Made by a program: the position numbers and the translations under genes. This document shows, piece after piece, positions 63,771 through 64,000 of a DNA stretch of 64,000 bases. The stretch is taken from NCBI RefSeq assembly GCF_964188315.1, contig NC_135665.1:42718001-42782000 (forward strand). The letters run 5' to 3'. This stretch comes from Podarcis muralis. Lineage: Eukaryota. The first letter of the stretch is position 1. Every line of letters starts with the position of its first letter. The notes beneath the pieces were generated by a model. That model was not told the origin of the DNA. It made no database searches and saw nothing but the letters and a program-made list of their open reading frames with translations.

Positions 63771-64000
63771 TACTTACAAATCCTGTGGTCATTGTTGCCA
63801 TTGTAGTGGTGATGGAAATCTCTGCATAATGAACCCAGGCACTTCCAGTGTACATGCAATGTTTCTCCAGGGGAAGGAGTCATTTAGAGAACTAGACTAT
63901 CAGCAGTATTCAGCTACATAGCTGTGTCAGTGCAAGGATGAGCACCAGCAATGAGACGTCCTCCCTCTCCACACCTCCTGCCACCGTGCACCCCACACTG

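Overview
Vertebrate genomic DNA, very probably from a lacertid lizard, judged from the Sauria/Squam SINE subfamilies and other squamate repeats. The window is almost entirely intronic or non-coding. The only recognisable protein-coding segment is a short isoform-specific first coding exon on the + strand (28816-28868, M-N-MMHVNNFPFRRHSWI-C, phase-2 GT donor). It matches the unique N-terminus of the cAMP phosphodiesterase long isoform PDE4D3, so the window most likely lies inside the very large PDE4D gene. A CpG-island promoter with CCAAT boxes, GC boxes and CRE half-sites sits about 1-2 kb upstream. The rest is a dense mosaic of transposable elements: Sauria and Squam3-type SINEs, CR1/L1/L2 LINE 3' ends, Tc1/mariner and hAT MITEs, four solo LTRs with 5-bp TSDs, a MITE with 6-bp TSDs that has captured a LINE tail, and a Penelope-like pseudo-LTR with an intact minimal hammerhead-ribozyme core. 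Nearly all ORFs in the supplied track are judged spurious or repeat-derived. Family names come from recalled consensus sequences; no database search was run.
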